In this document: one piece after another, positions 8,795 through 17,300 of the stretch | Layout: each line of letters starts with the position of its first letter | How positions within the stretch are numbered: the first letter of the stretch is position 1 | Origin: a virus | Taxonomy: Duplodnaviria; Caudoviricetes | IMG/VR virus record: IMGVR_UViG_3300043400_000041 | Location: 1 to 41,843 of that record | Strand: one strand, 5' to 3' | Length of the DNA: 41,843 nucleotides | Position numbers and translations under genes: made by a program | The notes under the pieces: model-generated | What the model was told of the DNA's origin: nothing | What the model saw: the letters and a program-made list of their open reading frames with translations, nothing else | Databases searched by the model: none

Positions 8795-9264
8795 AGAGCA
8801 CCTCCTTGCTCTTGCTTAATGGCGGGGCTTTCGGTGTTTCTGAGGTTATCATGGCTGATACTCCGCTGCCCTCCGTGTTGGTTTTCCGTGAGCACGCCGT
8901 CGCTATTACCGACGACGTTCAGGCCCGCGCTGTCTTGCTCGCGCTGGGGGTTGCTGATAAGTTTCAGCCCGAGCAACGCGCACTCGCGCTGAAGGAACTC
9001 GATAAGGGCTCGCTTTCCGAAGCGGGGGTGTGTGGGGTGCGCATATTCACACACCCAACCCACTACCTGGCCGTCTTTGTCTTCGAGCGTTTTGGTGCGC
9101 CCGAGGATAACGGTCTGGCCATCAGCGGATTCTCCAAGGATGTCTTCCCACGTGCCCGCTTCGATGAACTGTTCGCCAAGGCGCATGCGGTTTTCACCGC
9201 CGGGCAACAACTCGGCAGCGTGCGGCGTGATCTGCGACGCGGGGAAAATTGACTCGGCGCTCAC
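8791..9264 (-). CDS. ORF spanning exactly between two junction motifs
   Basis: GTG at 9264 in the motif, ends QGGAL in the next motif; fully overlapped by a plus-strand ORF. Confidence 0.45.
   Translation of the reverse strand: MSAESIFPASQITPHAAELLPGGENRMRLGEQFIEAGTWEDILGESADGQTVILGRTKTLEDKDGQVVGWVCEYAHPTHPRFGKRALIEFLQRECALLGLKLISNPQREQDSAGLNVVGNSDGVLTENQHGGQRSISHDNLRNTESPAIKQEQGGAL
8851..9252 (+). CDS. Antisense hypothetical protein (probable moron)
   Basis: GAGG 5 nt before ATG 8851; 133 aa globular-looking sequence. Confidence 0.55.
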   Translation: MADTPLPSVLVFREHAVAITDDVQARAVLLALGVADKFQPEQRALALKELDKGSLSEAGVCGVRIFTHPTHYLAVFVFERFGAPEDNGLAISGFSKDVFPRARFDELFAKAHAVFTAGQQLGSVRRDLRRGEN

Positions 9265-9449
9265 AGCGCACCTCCCTTCGCGGATTTCAAGTGCCGCTTC
9301 AGAAGCTCTTCGACCAACGCAGAAAGACTGCACTGGTTCTGGTCGCACCACGCCGACGCCGCTTTTTTAACTTTGGCGGAAACAGTCAGGTTTACCTTCG
9401 GTTTCCATTTCTTCTTACGAAGAATAACGAATGAGGGCTGCGCTTTCAC
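9261..9449 (-). CDS. Ribbon-helix-helix protein (DUF6364/CopG-like)
   Basis: KVNLTVSAKVKKAA...SLSALVEELL. Confidence 0.75.
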   Translation of the reverse strand: MKAQPSFVILRKKKWKPKVNLTVSAKVKKAASAWCDQNQCSLSALVEELLKRHLKSAKGGAL

Positions 9450-9865
9450 AGCGCACCTCCCTCGGCTAATGGGCGGCGAGATAGTATCTCTGCTGCTATT
9501 GTATTATTTTTTTCCGATTCAGCATTCCAGATAGCAGCTTGCCGGGCTGCAGCTTCGCTTAGCTTTGTATAATGGGCGGCCTCGCGCACGCGCGCCTGTT
9601 TTTTTGCCTCGGGAGTAAGTAACCCGTGGGCTATCTCAATCAAATCCCCGGTGCTTCTGGCGTCTCCGGTAGAAGCACCGAAATCTAAGTCGCCTGCGTG
9701 TCCACGAAAACTGATATTCTGCACTTTTTTACGGGTGCCGGAGACTGTGATGGTGATGTCTCCAGTAAGCCCCCCACTCGCGTGGATGAAGTCCTTGAAT
9801 AATGATTCCAGCTCTGCGGTCAGTGCAATGAGGGCGGAACTCGCTTGTTTGTTTGGTTTTTTCAC
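9446..9865 (-). CDS. Hypothetical protein
   Basis: 139 aa between junction motifs, visibly more AT-rich. Confidence 0.65.
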   Translation of the reverse strand: MKKPNKQASSALIALTAELESLFKDFIHASGGLTGDITITVSGTRKKVQNISFRGHAGDLDFGASTGDARSTGDLIEIAHGLLTPEAKKQARVREAAHYTKLSEAAARQAAIWNAESEKNNTIAAEILSRRPLAEGGAL

Positions 9866-10149
9866 AGTGCACCTCCAGTCAGGACAAAGGAGCGGCGGGA
9901 CTCGGGGGCAGTGGCAGCGGTCGGCGCGGGGGCGAAGATGCCGGCGCGCTCAGCGACGTCGAGGTGGCGGCGGCGGGCCGTCTCAAAGCTGGCGTAGTCG
10001 CCCGCCGCAACCTCGCGCTCCAAGATCGGAAGCGCCCGCTCCAGCGCGATCTCGATCACCGCCGAGGTGGTGCGGTGCGTCCGGTAGGACAGCGCAGCCA
10101 GGCGCTTTTGCAGCGCGGCGGGGATGCGAGCATTTGGGCTGCGGCTCAC
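9862..10149 (-). CDS. Ribbon-helix-helix protein
   Basis: NARIPAALQKRLAALS...TSAVIEIALE. Confidence 0.7.
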   Translation of the reverse strand: MSRSPNARIPAALQKRLAALSYRTHRTTSAVIEIALERALPILEREVAAGDYASFETARRRHLDVAERAGIFAPAPTAATAPESRRSFVLTGGAL

Positions 10150-10316
10150 TTCGCACCTCCCTGCGCGGCAGCTACCTGACGCCGTAGAATCTTCTCTATG
10201 AAGCGGGACAGTGACTGTTCGCGCTTACTGGCAATTTTGCGCGCCTCATTAACCAGCGCTGGGTCGAGATACAGATTGGTCCCGCGAACTCTGCGGGGTT
10301 TGGTGTTGGTCTCCAT
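10146..10316 (-). CDS. Ribbon-helix-helix regulator in the Cro position
   Basis: TNLYLDPALVNEARKIA...SLSRFIE; first gene of the early operon. Confidence 0.8.
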   Translation of the reverse strand: METNTKPRRVRGTNLYLDPALVNEARKIASKREQSLSRFIEKILRRQVAAAQGGAK

Positions 10317-10396
10317 GCCGCACAGTGTGCGCACAGTGTCCGCACACTGTAAATAAAAAAATCGACAGTCCGTAAAAGTGTGCGCACAACTTCAGA
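10317..10396. promoter_or_regulatory. Divergent leaderless promoters with operator repeats (genetic switch)
   Basis: Three tandem 11-mers SCGCACASTGT (10318-10350); TGTGCGCACA palindromes at 10326 and 10379; TTTACA-18-CACACT (-) and TCGACA-17-CACAAC (+), each 6-7 nt before a start codon. Confidence 0.75.
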
Positions 10397-10618
10397 GTGA
10401 AAACGGAACCAAAAAAAAGAGTAAGGCCCGCCATTAACCTCAGTATCGACCCTGCCTTAGTGGCAGCCTGTCGCGCTATCGCCAAAGAAAAGGGCTATAG
10501 TTTGTCGCGGTGGATCGAACAGGTTGTTAAGGAAGAAATTAAGAAAAGTCCGCCTACCAAAAAAGCCAGTGGCGAGACGAGGGCGGAGGCTACAGCAGCC
10601 GCACGGAAAACGGCGTAA
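10397..10618 (+). CDS. Ribbon-helix-helix regulator in the repressor position
   Basis: AINLSIDPALVAACRAIA...SLSRWIE; divergent from and similar to 10146-10316. Confidence 0.8.
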   Translation: MKTEPKKRVRPAINLSIDPALVAACRAIAKEKGYSLSRWIEQVVKEEIKKSPPTKKASGETRAEATAAARKTA

Positions 10619-10785
10619 TTGAACTACGATTTTAACCCGCTTAAACTATCCGCGCAAATACCAGATCACGAGCAGCGGCCACGCGGGTAAGTTCCTCGTC
10701 TGTCAACGCACACCGCCCTTCTAATCGCATCGTAATTCTTCGATACCCCTCACCTGCCAGCACCCCTGTAAATAACGCCTCTGCA

Positions 10786-11079
10786 ATGAATCTACACTCC
10801 ACAGCTGAAAATGAAATCACCGCGCTCCGCTCCGCGATCTCCGATCTACAAGCCGACCCCACTTCCGATGCCGCTGTCGATGCTGTGCTCAGAGCTGCTA
10901 TCGCGCTAGTTGCTGCATCGGCGGTGACTTCGGAGTTTTTCATTGATTGTATGTCGCGGGTAAGAAATCGCGCCGCATGGGTGAAAGCTCATAAAAGCGA
11001 GGCGAAGCGCATGCCTGATGTATCTGCACTAAAAGATGCCGTAAATCAACTCATTCAAGCATCGAAGAAGCGTGAATGA
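10786..11079 (+). CDS. Hypothetical protein (moron)
   Basis: 97 aa helical ORF downstream of the repressor. Confidence 0.5.
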   Translation: MNLHSTAENEITALRSAISDLQADPTSDAAVDAVLRAAIALVAASAVTSEFFIDCMSRVRNRAAWVKAHKSEAKRMPDVSALKDAVNQLIQASKKRE

Positions 11080-11148
11080 TGCCTGGAAAGTATCACAGCG
11101 ACTACTCAGCCGCACGGAGGGCGAGTTAATCGAGGTCAATTTTAACCC

Positions 11149-11418
11149 ATGAAAACCATAAAAAACGAAGGCAGTAGCATGAGTAAAATCGAGCTAACGA
11201 GCCCTTTATCCAGTTACGAAGGCCGCACGGAACTAAGTTTCCGCTTTCAGAAGGACGAGGAAGACTTCGGCTATAATGCCACGGTCAGCGTATGGGTTGT
11301 CCCCTCGGATTCAGTCGCTGAGATGCGGCAGCGGGCGGCTGATCGTGCACGAGTCTTTTTATCTCAAATGCTATCGGCCCTCGACGCCGAATATCCGCCA
11401 CAATCCAAGCCGTTATGA
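11149..11418 (+). CDS. Hypothetical protein (moron)
   Basis: 89 aa ORF flanked by 20-bp direct repeats. Confidence 0.6.
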   Translation: MKTIKNEGSSMSKIELTSPLSSYEGRTELSFRFQKDEEDFGYNATVSVWVVPSDSVAEMRQRAADRARVFLSQMLSALDAEYPPQSKPL

Positions 11419-11498
11419 GTGATCGAAGCCATTTCACGATAAAACCGATATCACACTCCGTGATGCCTGTAAAGCATCACTGAAACAAACCTTACACC

Positions 11499-11876
11499 AT
11501 GAAAACCAAACTGCTTGCTTGTTTAATCATCGCGCTTTGCGGCGGCTGCGCCACCGCCACCTTTACTACGGGGCGAGATTTTAATAGCGCCTACGTCTCC
11601 AGCATCGAAAAGGGCAAGACCCGCTCTTCTGATCTAGTCGCCCAAATGGGCGCGCCCTATTCCAAGACCGTCAACAGCGACGGCAGCCAGACGTGGCAGT
11701 GGCTCTACTCGAACGGAAAGACCCATGCGCAAAGCAAGATATTCAGCATGGACGTGAAGACGGAGATGACCGGGAAGCAGCTGATCACCACCCTCCGCAA
11801 TGACGTGGTCGAAAATTTCAGCTTCACCGATGGGCCGCTGGGTGGGAGCCAGATCAACAGCGGGCTGGGCAGATAA
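11499..11876 (+). CDS. Lipoprotein with SmpA/OmlA (BamE)-like domain
   Basis: Lipobox-like LCGGC; IEKGKTRSSDLVAQMGAPY...TWQWLY pattern. Confidence 0.75.
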   Translation: MKTKLLACLIIALCGGCATATFTTGRDFNSAYVSSIEKGKTRSSDLVAQMGAPYSKTVNSDGSQTWQWLYSNGKTHAQSKIFSMDVKTEMTGKQLITTLRNDVVENFSFTDGPLGGSQINSGLGR

Positions 11877-11885
11877 ACTGCACTC

Positions 11886-12213
11886 CGGCGAATACGGGGA
11901 ATCGGGGAGCGTTCCCCAACTCTTACCATATTAAAACTGTCGACACTTTTTATTTGGGCGAAGTTAGGGAAACTACATCAAATCCCCGTATTCCCCGTTT
12001 TCCTTCCTTCTGTACCTCCTAAGAAAAAAGGGAAAAGGGATAGAATAGGGGTCTTTTGGGGTTCATATCGCTATCCACTGGCTCTTTTCGGGCCTTTTTA
12101 GGCCCGATTCCGGAAAGGTTCCGGAATCACTCCGCAATCCCCGTTCTCCCCGCCGCCCTTTCGGCGGCGCTCTGAAAAGGTTCAGGAACTGCTCCGCAAT
12201 CCCCGTTTCCCCG
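11886..12213. other. Candidate replication origin: paired TCCCCG iterons, AT-rich core, three hairpins
   Basis: CGGGGA at 11895 and 11903 facing TCCCCG at 11983 and 11992; further pairs at 12138/12147 and 12200/12208; hairpins 12088-12107, 12106-12128, 12151-12169. Confidence 0.55.
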
Positions 12214-13486
12214 GCTTTTGGCTGTTTTCAGTGCCTTTGATGCTCTTACCAGCGCTCTGGAACGCAGCGAAGAACGCCGCTGAGGCACCGGGCGCGGGCA
12301 GTTGCAGGTAGTGCCGGAAGGCCACGGCGGAAGAATTGCCAGCCTGCCGGGTGACTTCGCTCATGTTGCCCGATTGCTGGAACAGGTAGCTGATGCCGGT
12401 GTGGCGCAGGATGTTTTCTTGCCAGATGCCGGCCGCGACGGAGCGCTTGCGGTTGCGGGAAGGGCCGCGCGTGACGAGGCCCGCAGCTTCGCGCAGGCTG
12501 TCGAAGCGCACCCGCCCCCAGGGTATGCGCCAAGTGGCGCGTTGGTCGGCGGGTATCGCAGCCAGGGCGGCGCGCAGGAGCGGCACCACGCAGGCCGGGA
12601 TGCTCACGGTGCGGTAAGAGGGTGTGCCGCGCTTCTTGGCGCGCACTTCGACCAGCGGCTCCCTGGCATCGAGGCGGATGTCGTCGGCCGCGATGCGCAG
12701 GGCCTCGGCGTGGCGCAGAAAACACCAGCAAGTCAGGACGACGTAGGGGGCGAGCGCGCCCTGGTGCAGGCGGCGGGCGGCATCCATGAGGGCGCGGGCC
12801 TGCGCCGGCGTGAGGATGCGGGGCAGCTCGACGGCCTCGGCGCTGTTTCGCAGGTCGGTGACGTCGATCTGGTCGAAGGGGGAAATCTTCACCCAGCGGC
12901 GCTTCACCCAGAAGCGGCCCCAAGCGCGCAGGATGCGGGCATGGGCCACACGGGTATGGTCGGCGACCTTGTTTGCCCCGCCGTCGTAGCTCTGGCGCAG
13001 GATATAGGTCTCGGCGTGATCGGCGGTGACTCCCTGCACGGTGGTAATCGTGGCCGGAAGCCACTTGATGAAGGCGGCGACACGGTCGTCGTTATTGTCG
13101 ATCGTGCGTTTCTCTCGGCGGCGCTTGCGGGCGTCGGCCTCCCACTCGGTGCGGGCAGTGGTGAGCGTGACCGGCGCCGAGATCGTCATGACGCGGTCGC
13201 TGGCCTCGACGCACTCGACCAGATTGCGCCCCCCTGCCCTCTTCACGGCGGCCTCGGCGTCGCGCAGCTGCTCCTCAGTGAGCCACGTCATGCGCAGCGA
13301 CTGCGACCGATCAGGCGCGGCGATCAGGCGGGCATCGAGTTCGAGGCGGCGGGCGTCGAGCTTGGCGGAATCGCGGAAGCGTTCGCGGATCCGTTCGCCA
13401 TTGATGCGCCCGTAAAGTTCGAAGCTGCCATTTGGCAGCGTGCGGGTATGGAGTTGGTTTTCTGCGTAGCGGGACACATTAGCCAC
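12182..13486 (-). CDS. int: Tyrosine recombinase / phage integrase
   Basis: FLRHAEA (catalytic R), NILRHT, QAGNS...RHY (catalytic Y); adjacent to attP. Confidence 0.92.
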   Translation of the reverse strand: MANVSRYAENQLHTRTLPNGSFELYGRINGERIRERFRDSAKLDARRLELDARLIAAPDRSQSLRMTWLTEEQLRDAEAAVKRAGGRNLVECVEASDRVMTISAPVTLTTARTEWEADARKRRREKRTIDNNDDRVAAFIKWLPATITTVQGVTADHAETYILRQSYDGGANKVADHTRVAHARILRAWGRFWVKRRWVKISPFDQIDVTDLRNSAEAVELPRILTPAQARALMDAARRLHQGALAPYVVLTCWCFLRHAEALRIAADDIRLDAREPLVEVRAKKRGTPSYRTVSIPACVVPLLRAALAAIPADQRATWRIPWGRVRFDSLREAAGLVTRGPSRNRKRSVAAGIWQENILRHTGISYLFQQSGNMSEVTRQAGNSSAVAFRHYLQLPAPGASAAFFAAFQSAGKSIKGTENSQKPGKRGLRSSS

Positions 13487-13590
13487 CTTTGCCCACTATT
13501 TAGCCAATAACGAGGGAAAAGGCGGGTAATTATGGGCAAAGGTGGCGAAACCTAGCGCACGTCAAAACGAGGGTTTTACCTCTGAAAAGC

Positions 13591-13640
13591 TGGAGCCGAT
13601 GGCCGGGATTGAACCGGCGACCAGCGGTTTACGATACCGC
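13591..13640 (-). other. attP core: 3' half of tRNA-Thr(CGT)
   Basis: Minus strand reads GCGGT-ATCGTAA-ACCGC-TGGTC-GCCGG-TTCAATC-CCGGC-CATCGGC-T-CCA (anticodon arm, T arm, acceptor 3' strand, CCA); no 5' half upstream. Confidence 0.9.
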
Positions 13641-13786
13641 ATGATTTACCTATGAGAAAACGCTAGTTTGCCCACTAAAACGGGGAATTCTGGGCAAATT
13701 CACATCTGTGACCCATCGAAACTACGTGGCATAGCCACAAGCTGCCGCTGCGCGGACCCTGCTGACGGTGGGGCGGGTAAAAGATT

Positions 13787-13815
13787 CCTTAATTGTAAAA
13801 ATTTTACAATTAAGG
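13787..13815. promoter_or_regulatory. Perfect AT-rich 14-bp inverted repeat at the end of the late operon
   Basis: CCTTAATTGTAAAA-A-TTTTACAATTAAGG. Confidence 0.6.
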
Positions 13816-13840
13816 GCAAAAACACATAAAAACGCACATA

Positions 13841-14323
13841 TCACACGGGCCGCTCAGGCGGCGCAGGTAGCAGCGCGATGAACTCAGCGGACGTGGGCAG
13901 CGGGTCGGGTAGTGGCTGAGTGGCTTGGGCGTCGAGCCATGCCCAGACTGCGCTGCGCCAGTTACGCAGGGCCAGACCCTCGGCGTTGAAGCGCGGGTAA
14001 GGGTCGCCGACGTAGGTCACTGCGCTGCGCAGGTCGTCGTAGCCCCAGCTTTGGGCGTATTCGTCGAGGTGCGATTGTGCGGCAGCGATCAGGCTTGCGC
14101 GGACTTGGGCCTCAGTCGGGGCGGGTTCGGCTATAGCAATCAACGCACCATCCATCACTGACCACGCTTTGTGGCGTTGGCCCGGTGGTAACGCATCGGA
14201 CGGCAGGATTATGTGTGAGCAGTCTGGCGGGGTGTTGGCCGCGCAGAATCCCTCCGGGAATGAGCCGCTTTCAATCACGTTGGTGACGTGGCCGGTCTGT
14301 GTTTTGTAGATTACGCAGATCAT
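13841..14323 (-). CDS. Tail fibre assembly/chaperone-like protein
   Basis: AQSHLDEYAQSWGYDDLRSAVTY...WRSAVW pattern common in tail-associated phage proteins; follows the tail tip gene. Confidence 0.7.
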   Translation of the reverse strand: MICVIYKTQTGHVTNVIESGSFPEGFCAANTPPDCSHIILPSDALPPGQRHKAWSVMDGALIAIAEPAPTEAQVRASLIAAAQSHLDEYAQSWGYDDLRSAVTYVGDPYPRFNAEGLALRNWRSAVWAWLDAQATQPLPDPLPTSAEFIALLPAPPERPV

Positions 14324-17300
14324 CGTTTGTAAATTGATGGTTGGATGACGCCCTTCTCGGCCCAGACGGTGTTGGATGTGCCGGGAGCCGTGGTGACGCG
14401 GACCTGGGCTGAGTAGGTGTGCGTGCCGGAAGCGCCGCTATCCAGCATCATGCGGGTCATTACGGTGTCGTAATTAGCGGGGAGGCGGTGGGTGACGCTG
14501 TCCAGGACTGTGCCGTCACGGAGTGTTTCCAGGATGAAATCGCGGCTGGCTGAGCTATTGTTGGTGAGGCTCACGCTCGTAGTAACTACCACGGAGCTAC
14601 CGCCGGCGGCCACGCCCGCGACCGATGCCAGGGTGACGAAACTTGTGTTATTCAGGTAGGCGATACCCGACTGGTTAGAAACAAAGGGGTGTGTGATCGC
14701 ATTACCGACCACCTTGAGCGTGGTGATTTGAGCGTCGCCTATTTTCGCCGTGGAGATGACAGCATCGCCGATGTTCGCCGCGGTGCTGACAATTATGTTT
14801 GTCCCAACATGCAAGGCATTCACTTCGCCGACGCCGATTTTGTCGGCCAAAACCGCGCGTGCAGCGAGTTGGTCCGCGCCTACTGTCTCAGCGCGCACGG
14901 TCTTGCCGTCGATCAGGGTGGAGATACCCGAGGCCGACCAAAACGAAAAGGCAGTCTGGTTTGGTAGTGCCTCGCCAAAGTAGGCGTTAGCGATAAAAAC
15001 AAAGGGGTCGGTGCCGGTGAATGTCTGTGCACGGACGTAAAACAACGCCAACGCAGCGCCCGCAGGGGCAACGGCAAAGCCAGTGCTTCGCCCCCAGCCA
15101 CTGAGCGCACCACTCCCCGCCGATGTTACTCCTGATCCTCCATCTTCAGAGATATACCCACCAGCGCTATTCCACCACGCAACCCTGACCTGACCTGTGC
15201 AGCGGTGCGCCGACAAGTAGGCGCTCAACTCATAGCGTTGACCTGGCTTAACTGGGATAAGTTGGCCGTTAGGTTTGTTTACAATATCGGCGAAGGTATT
15301 GCTGGCAGGCGTGCCGTTTACCTCGATGAAAACACTTCCTCCGGCGGGTGGCCTCCACACGTCAAAACCGGCTCCTTCGGTAAGTGTTAAGCCAGTGCTA
15401 TTACCGCTTAATTCCCAATCCACCGTTTCCGCGCCCAGGGTAGGCGCGCTGTTGGAGAGGAGGTTGCCTCCGCCGAGGCCTACAGCGAGCTGCGCGACTT
15501 GGATTTGTCCGGTTAACTCGGTAGCATCCACCGCCGTGGCCGTCGCGCTCACCGGGCCAGCCCAGGCGCTGGCGTTGCCCGAGGCATCGACGGCGCGCAC
15601 CCAATAGTAGCGGGTCGTTCCGATAGCCAAGCCTACCCGCGTAAACGTATCGGATAGCAGACGGAAACTCGGCGAGGTTCCCGCCGACGGCGTCGGCAAG
15701 GCGGAGGCCTGCTCCAGCACTTCGATGTTGGCGAGGTCGGCGGCGGTGGGGTTTACCCAGCTTAGGCGGATGCCCTGCACCATCGCGGAGGCCGCGAGGC
15801 CGGTCGGCACGCCGGGCGCAGTGGTGTCGCCAGCGGCGGTAATGGAGGATCCCGTAACCACCCAAGCCGAGGCGGCGCCACCCGGCCGGACGGCACGGAT
15901 CCGCACCAGGTAGGCAGCGCCCGAGGTCAGCCCCGCGATAGTAGTGCGGTCAGCCTGGCCGGTGAGGCTGGCGTGGGTGATCCAGTCGGGGGCGGCGGCC
16001 AGCTTATATTGCACCTGCAGAATCCCGGTCGTCGTCTGGGCGAAAGCGTCAGTGCTTGGTACCCAAGTAACGTCGAGCCTGCCGGCCACACTGCCGTCGG
16101 CGTTGATCTGCGCCGAGCTGGTGACGCTCAGCCCCGTGGGCGCAGGCACCACTGAGGGATCGGGCAGCGTGGTGTTGGGCGCGAGGTCCACGGTGGTCTC
16201 CATGCCGCTATTCCAATCCCACACGCCGGCGGCGGTCTCGCGCAGGCTTAAATCCACGCCGACGATCCTGCCGCCGCCCTCCCCTGCTCCGTCTTCGATC
16301 AGGAGCTTCCAGCTGGTGACTTGGAACACCTTCGCCGTCCACCCGTAGCGAGGGATGGTGAGGGTAACGGTGTCGCCAGCTTGCACCCGCATGCCGGTCA
16401 GTTTGAGCGGCAAATCGACGGTGATTTCCTGCCGGGTCTGCTCCAGCTCGATTTTCGCCAGCCGCTGGGCAGTGGCGGCGCTGGTGGTCCATGGGAAATC
16501 CAGCTCGCGCCAGATAGTCTCGGTGTCCTGGGTGGCATAGGTGGCGTTCTTGATCGGCGGGTAATCAGCCGGTTGCCACTTGTTGAGCTCCGAAGTGTAG
16601 GTGCCTTTGACCGCATTGCAGGTATCGCGGCGCGAGGCCTTGGATTGGATGACGATCTGGCCGCGCAGGTCATCTAGGGTGTAGGCGGCGCTGGGTGCGG
16701 AGTAACTGCCCCCGGTGAGATACCAGAGGCCACCCGTGCAGACGCAGGAGGCCGACATGCTGGCGGCGAGCTCGCTAATGATTTTCTCCGGTGCCTGGTC
16801 GCGCTCGAAGCTGCCGCCGATGGAGTAGCGGGGCTCGGTTCCGCCGGCGGCGATGGCCACGGATTCGTCGCAGAGAGACGCGCCGACGATGAAGGATCCT
16901 TCATTGATTTCATCGCTCGCGCACCCGAGGCCGTAGTCGGTGTTGGTGAGGTAATCCCGCAGCGCGAGCGCAGGGTTGGCTGAGTAGGCCGTGAGCCCGG
17001 TGCGCGGGTCGTAGAGTTTTTTACCGCGCACCACGGCGGAAATGTTGGGTATGGTGGCCAGCTTCTCCTGGTCGTATTTGAGCCGCACGTAAACGTAAGC
17101 CACGCCGCGCATGCGGTGGTTCGCGGTCCACTTGTCGGGCGCTTCGGCGATGAGGTCGGCGTCAGCGGTTTGGCTGGCGGTGCCGAGGTATTTTTTAACC
17201 CGCACCAAGCCGGAGTATTTTCCGGTCACGCAGTTGCCTGCGCCGTCGAGCGGCACCACTACATCGTCGAAATAGATGTCGTCGATCCCTTCCACCTCGT

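Larger units (their letters stand above)
6790..10160 (-). repeat. Dispersed 15-bp gene-junction motif GGAGGTGC-NNN-RTGA (8 copies)
   Basis: Copies at 6790, 8061, 8564, 8791, 9261, 9446, 9862 and 10146 (each 15 bp); each holds SD, start codon and upstream stop. Confidence 0.92.

Noticed and set aside
6790-10160. CRISPR-like array from the GGAGGTGC repeats
   Set aside because: Repeats are 15 bp, degenerate and separated by whole genes of variable length; no cas genes.
10641-10943. Minus-strand 100-aa ORF
   Set aside because: Overlaps the more plausible plus-strand ORF 10786-11079 and opposes the local gene direction; cannot be fully excluded.
12182-13486. Integrase as the IntI acting on the attC array
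   Set aside because: It sits beside a tRNA attP far from the array and I see no IntI-specific insertion motif; an HMM search would settle it.
13591-13670. Complete tRNA-Thr gene
   Set aside because: No D arm or 5' acceptor strand (GCCGATG) upstream; it is the attP fragment.
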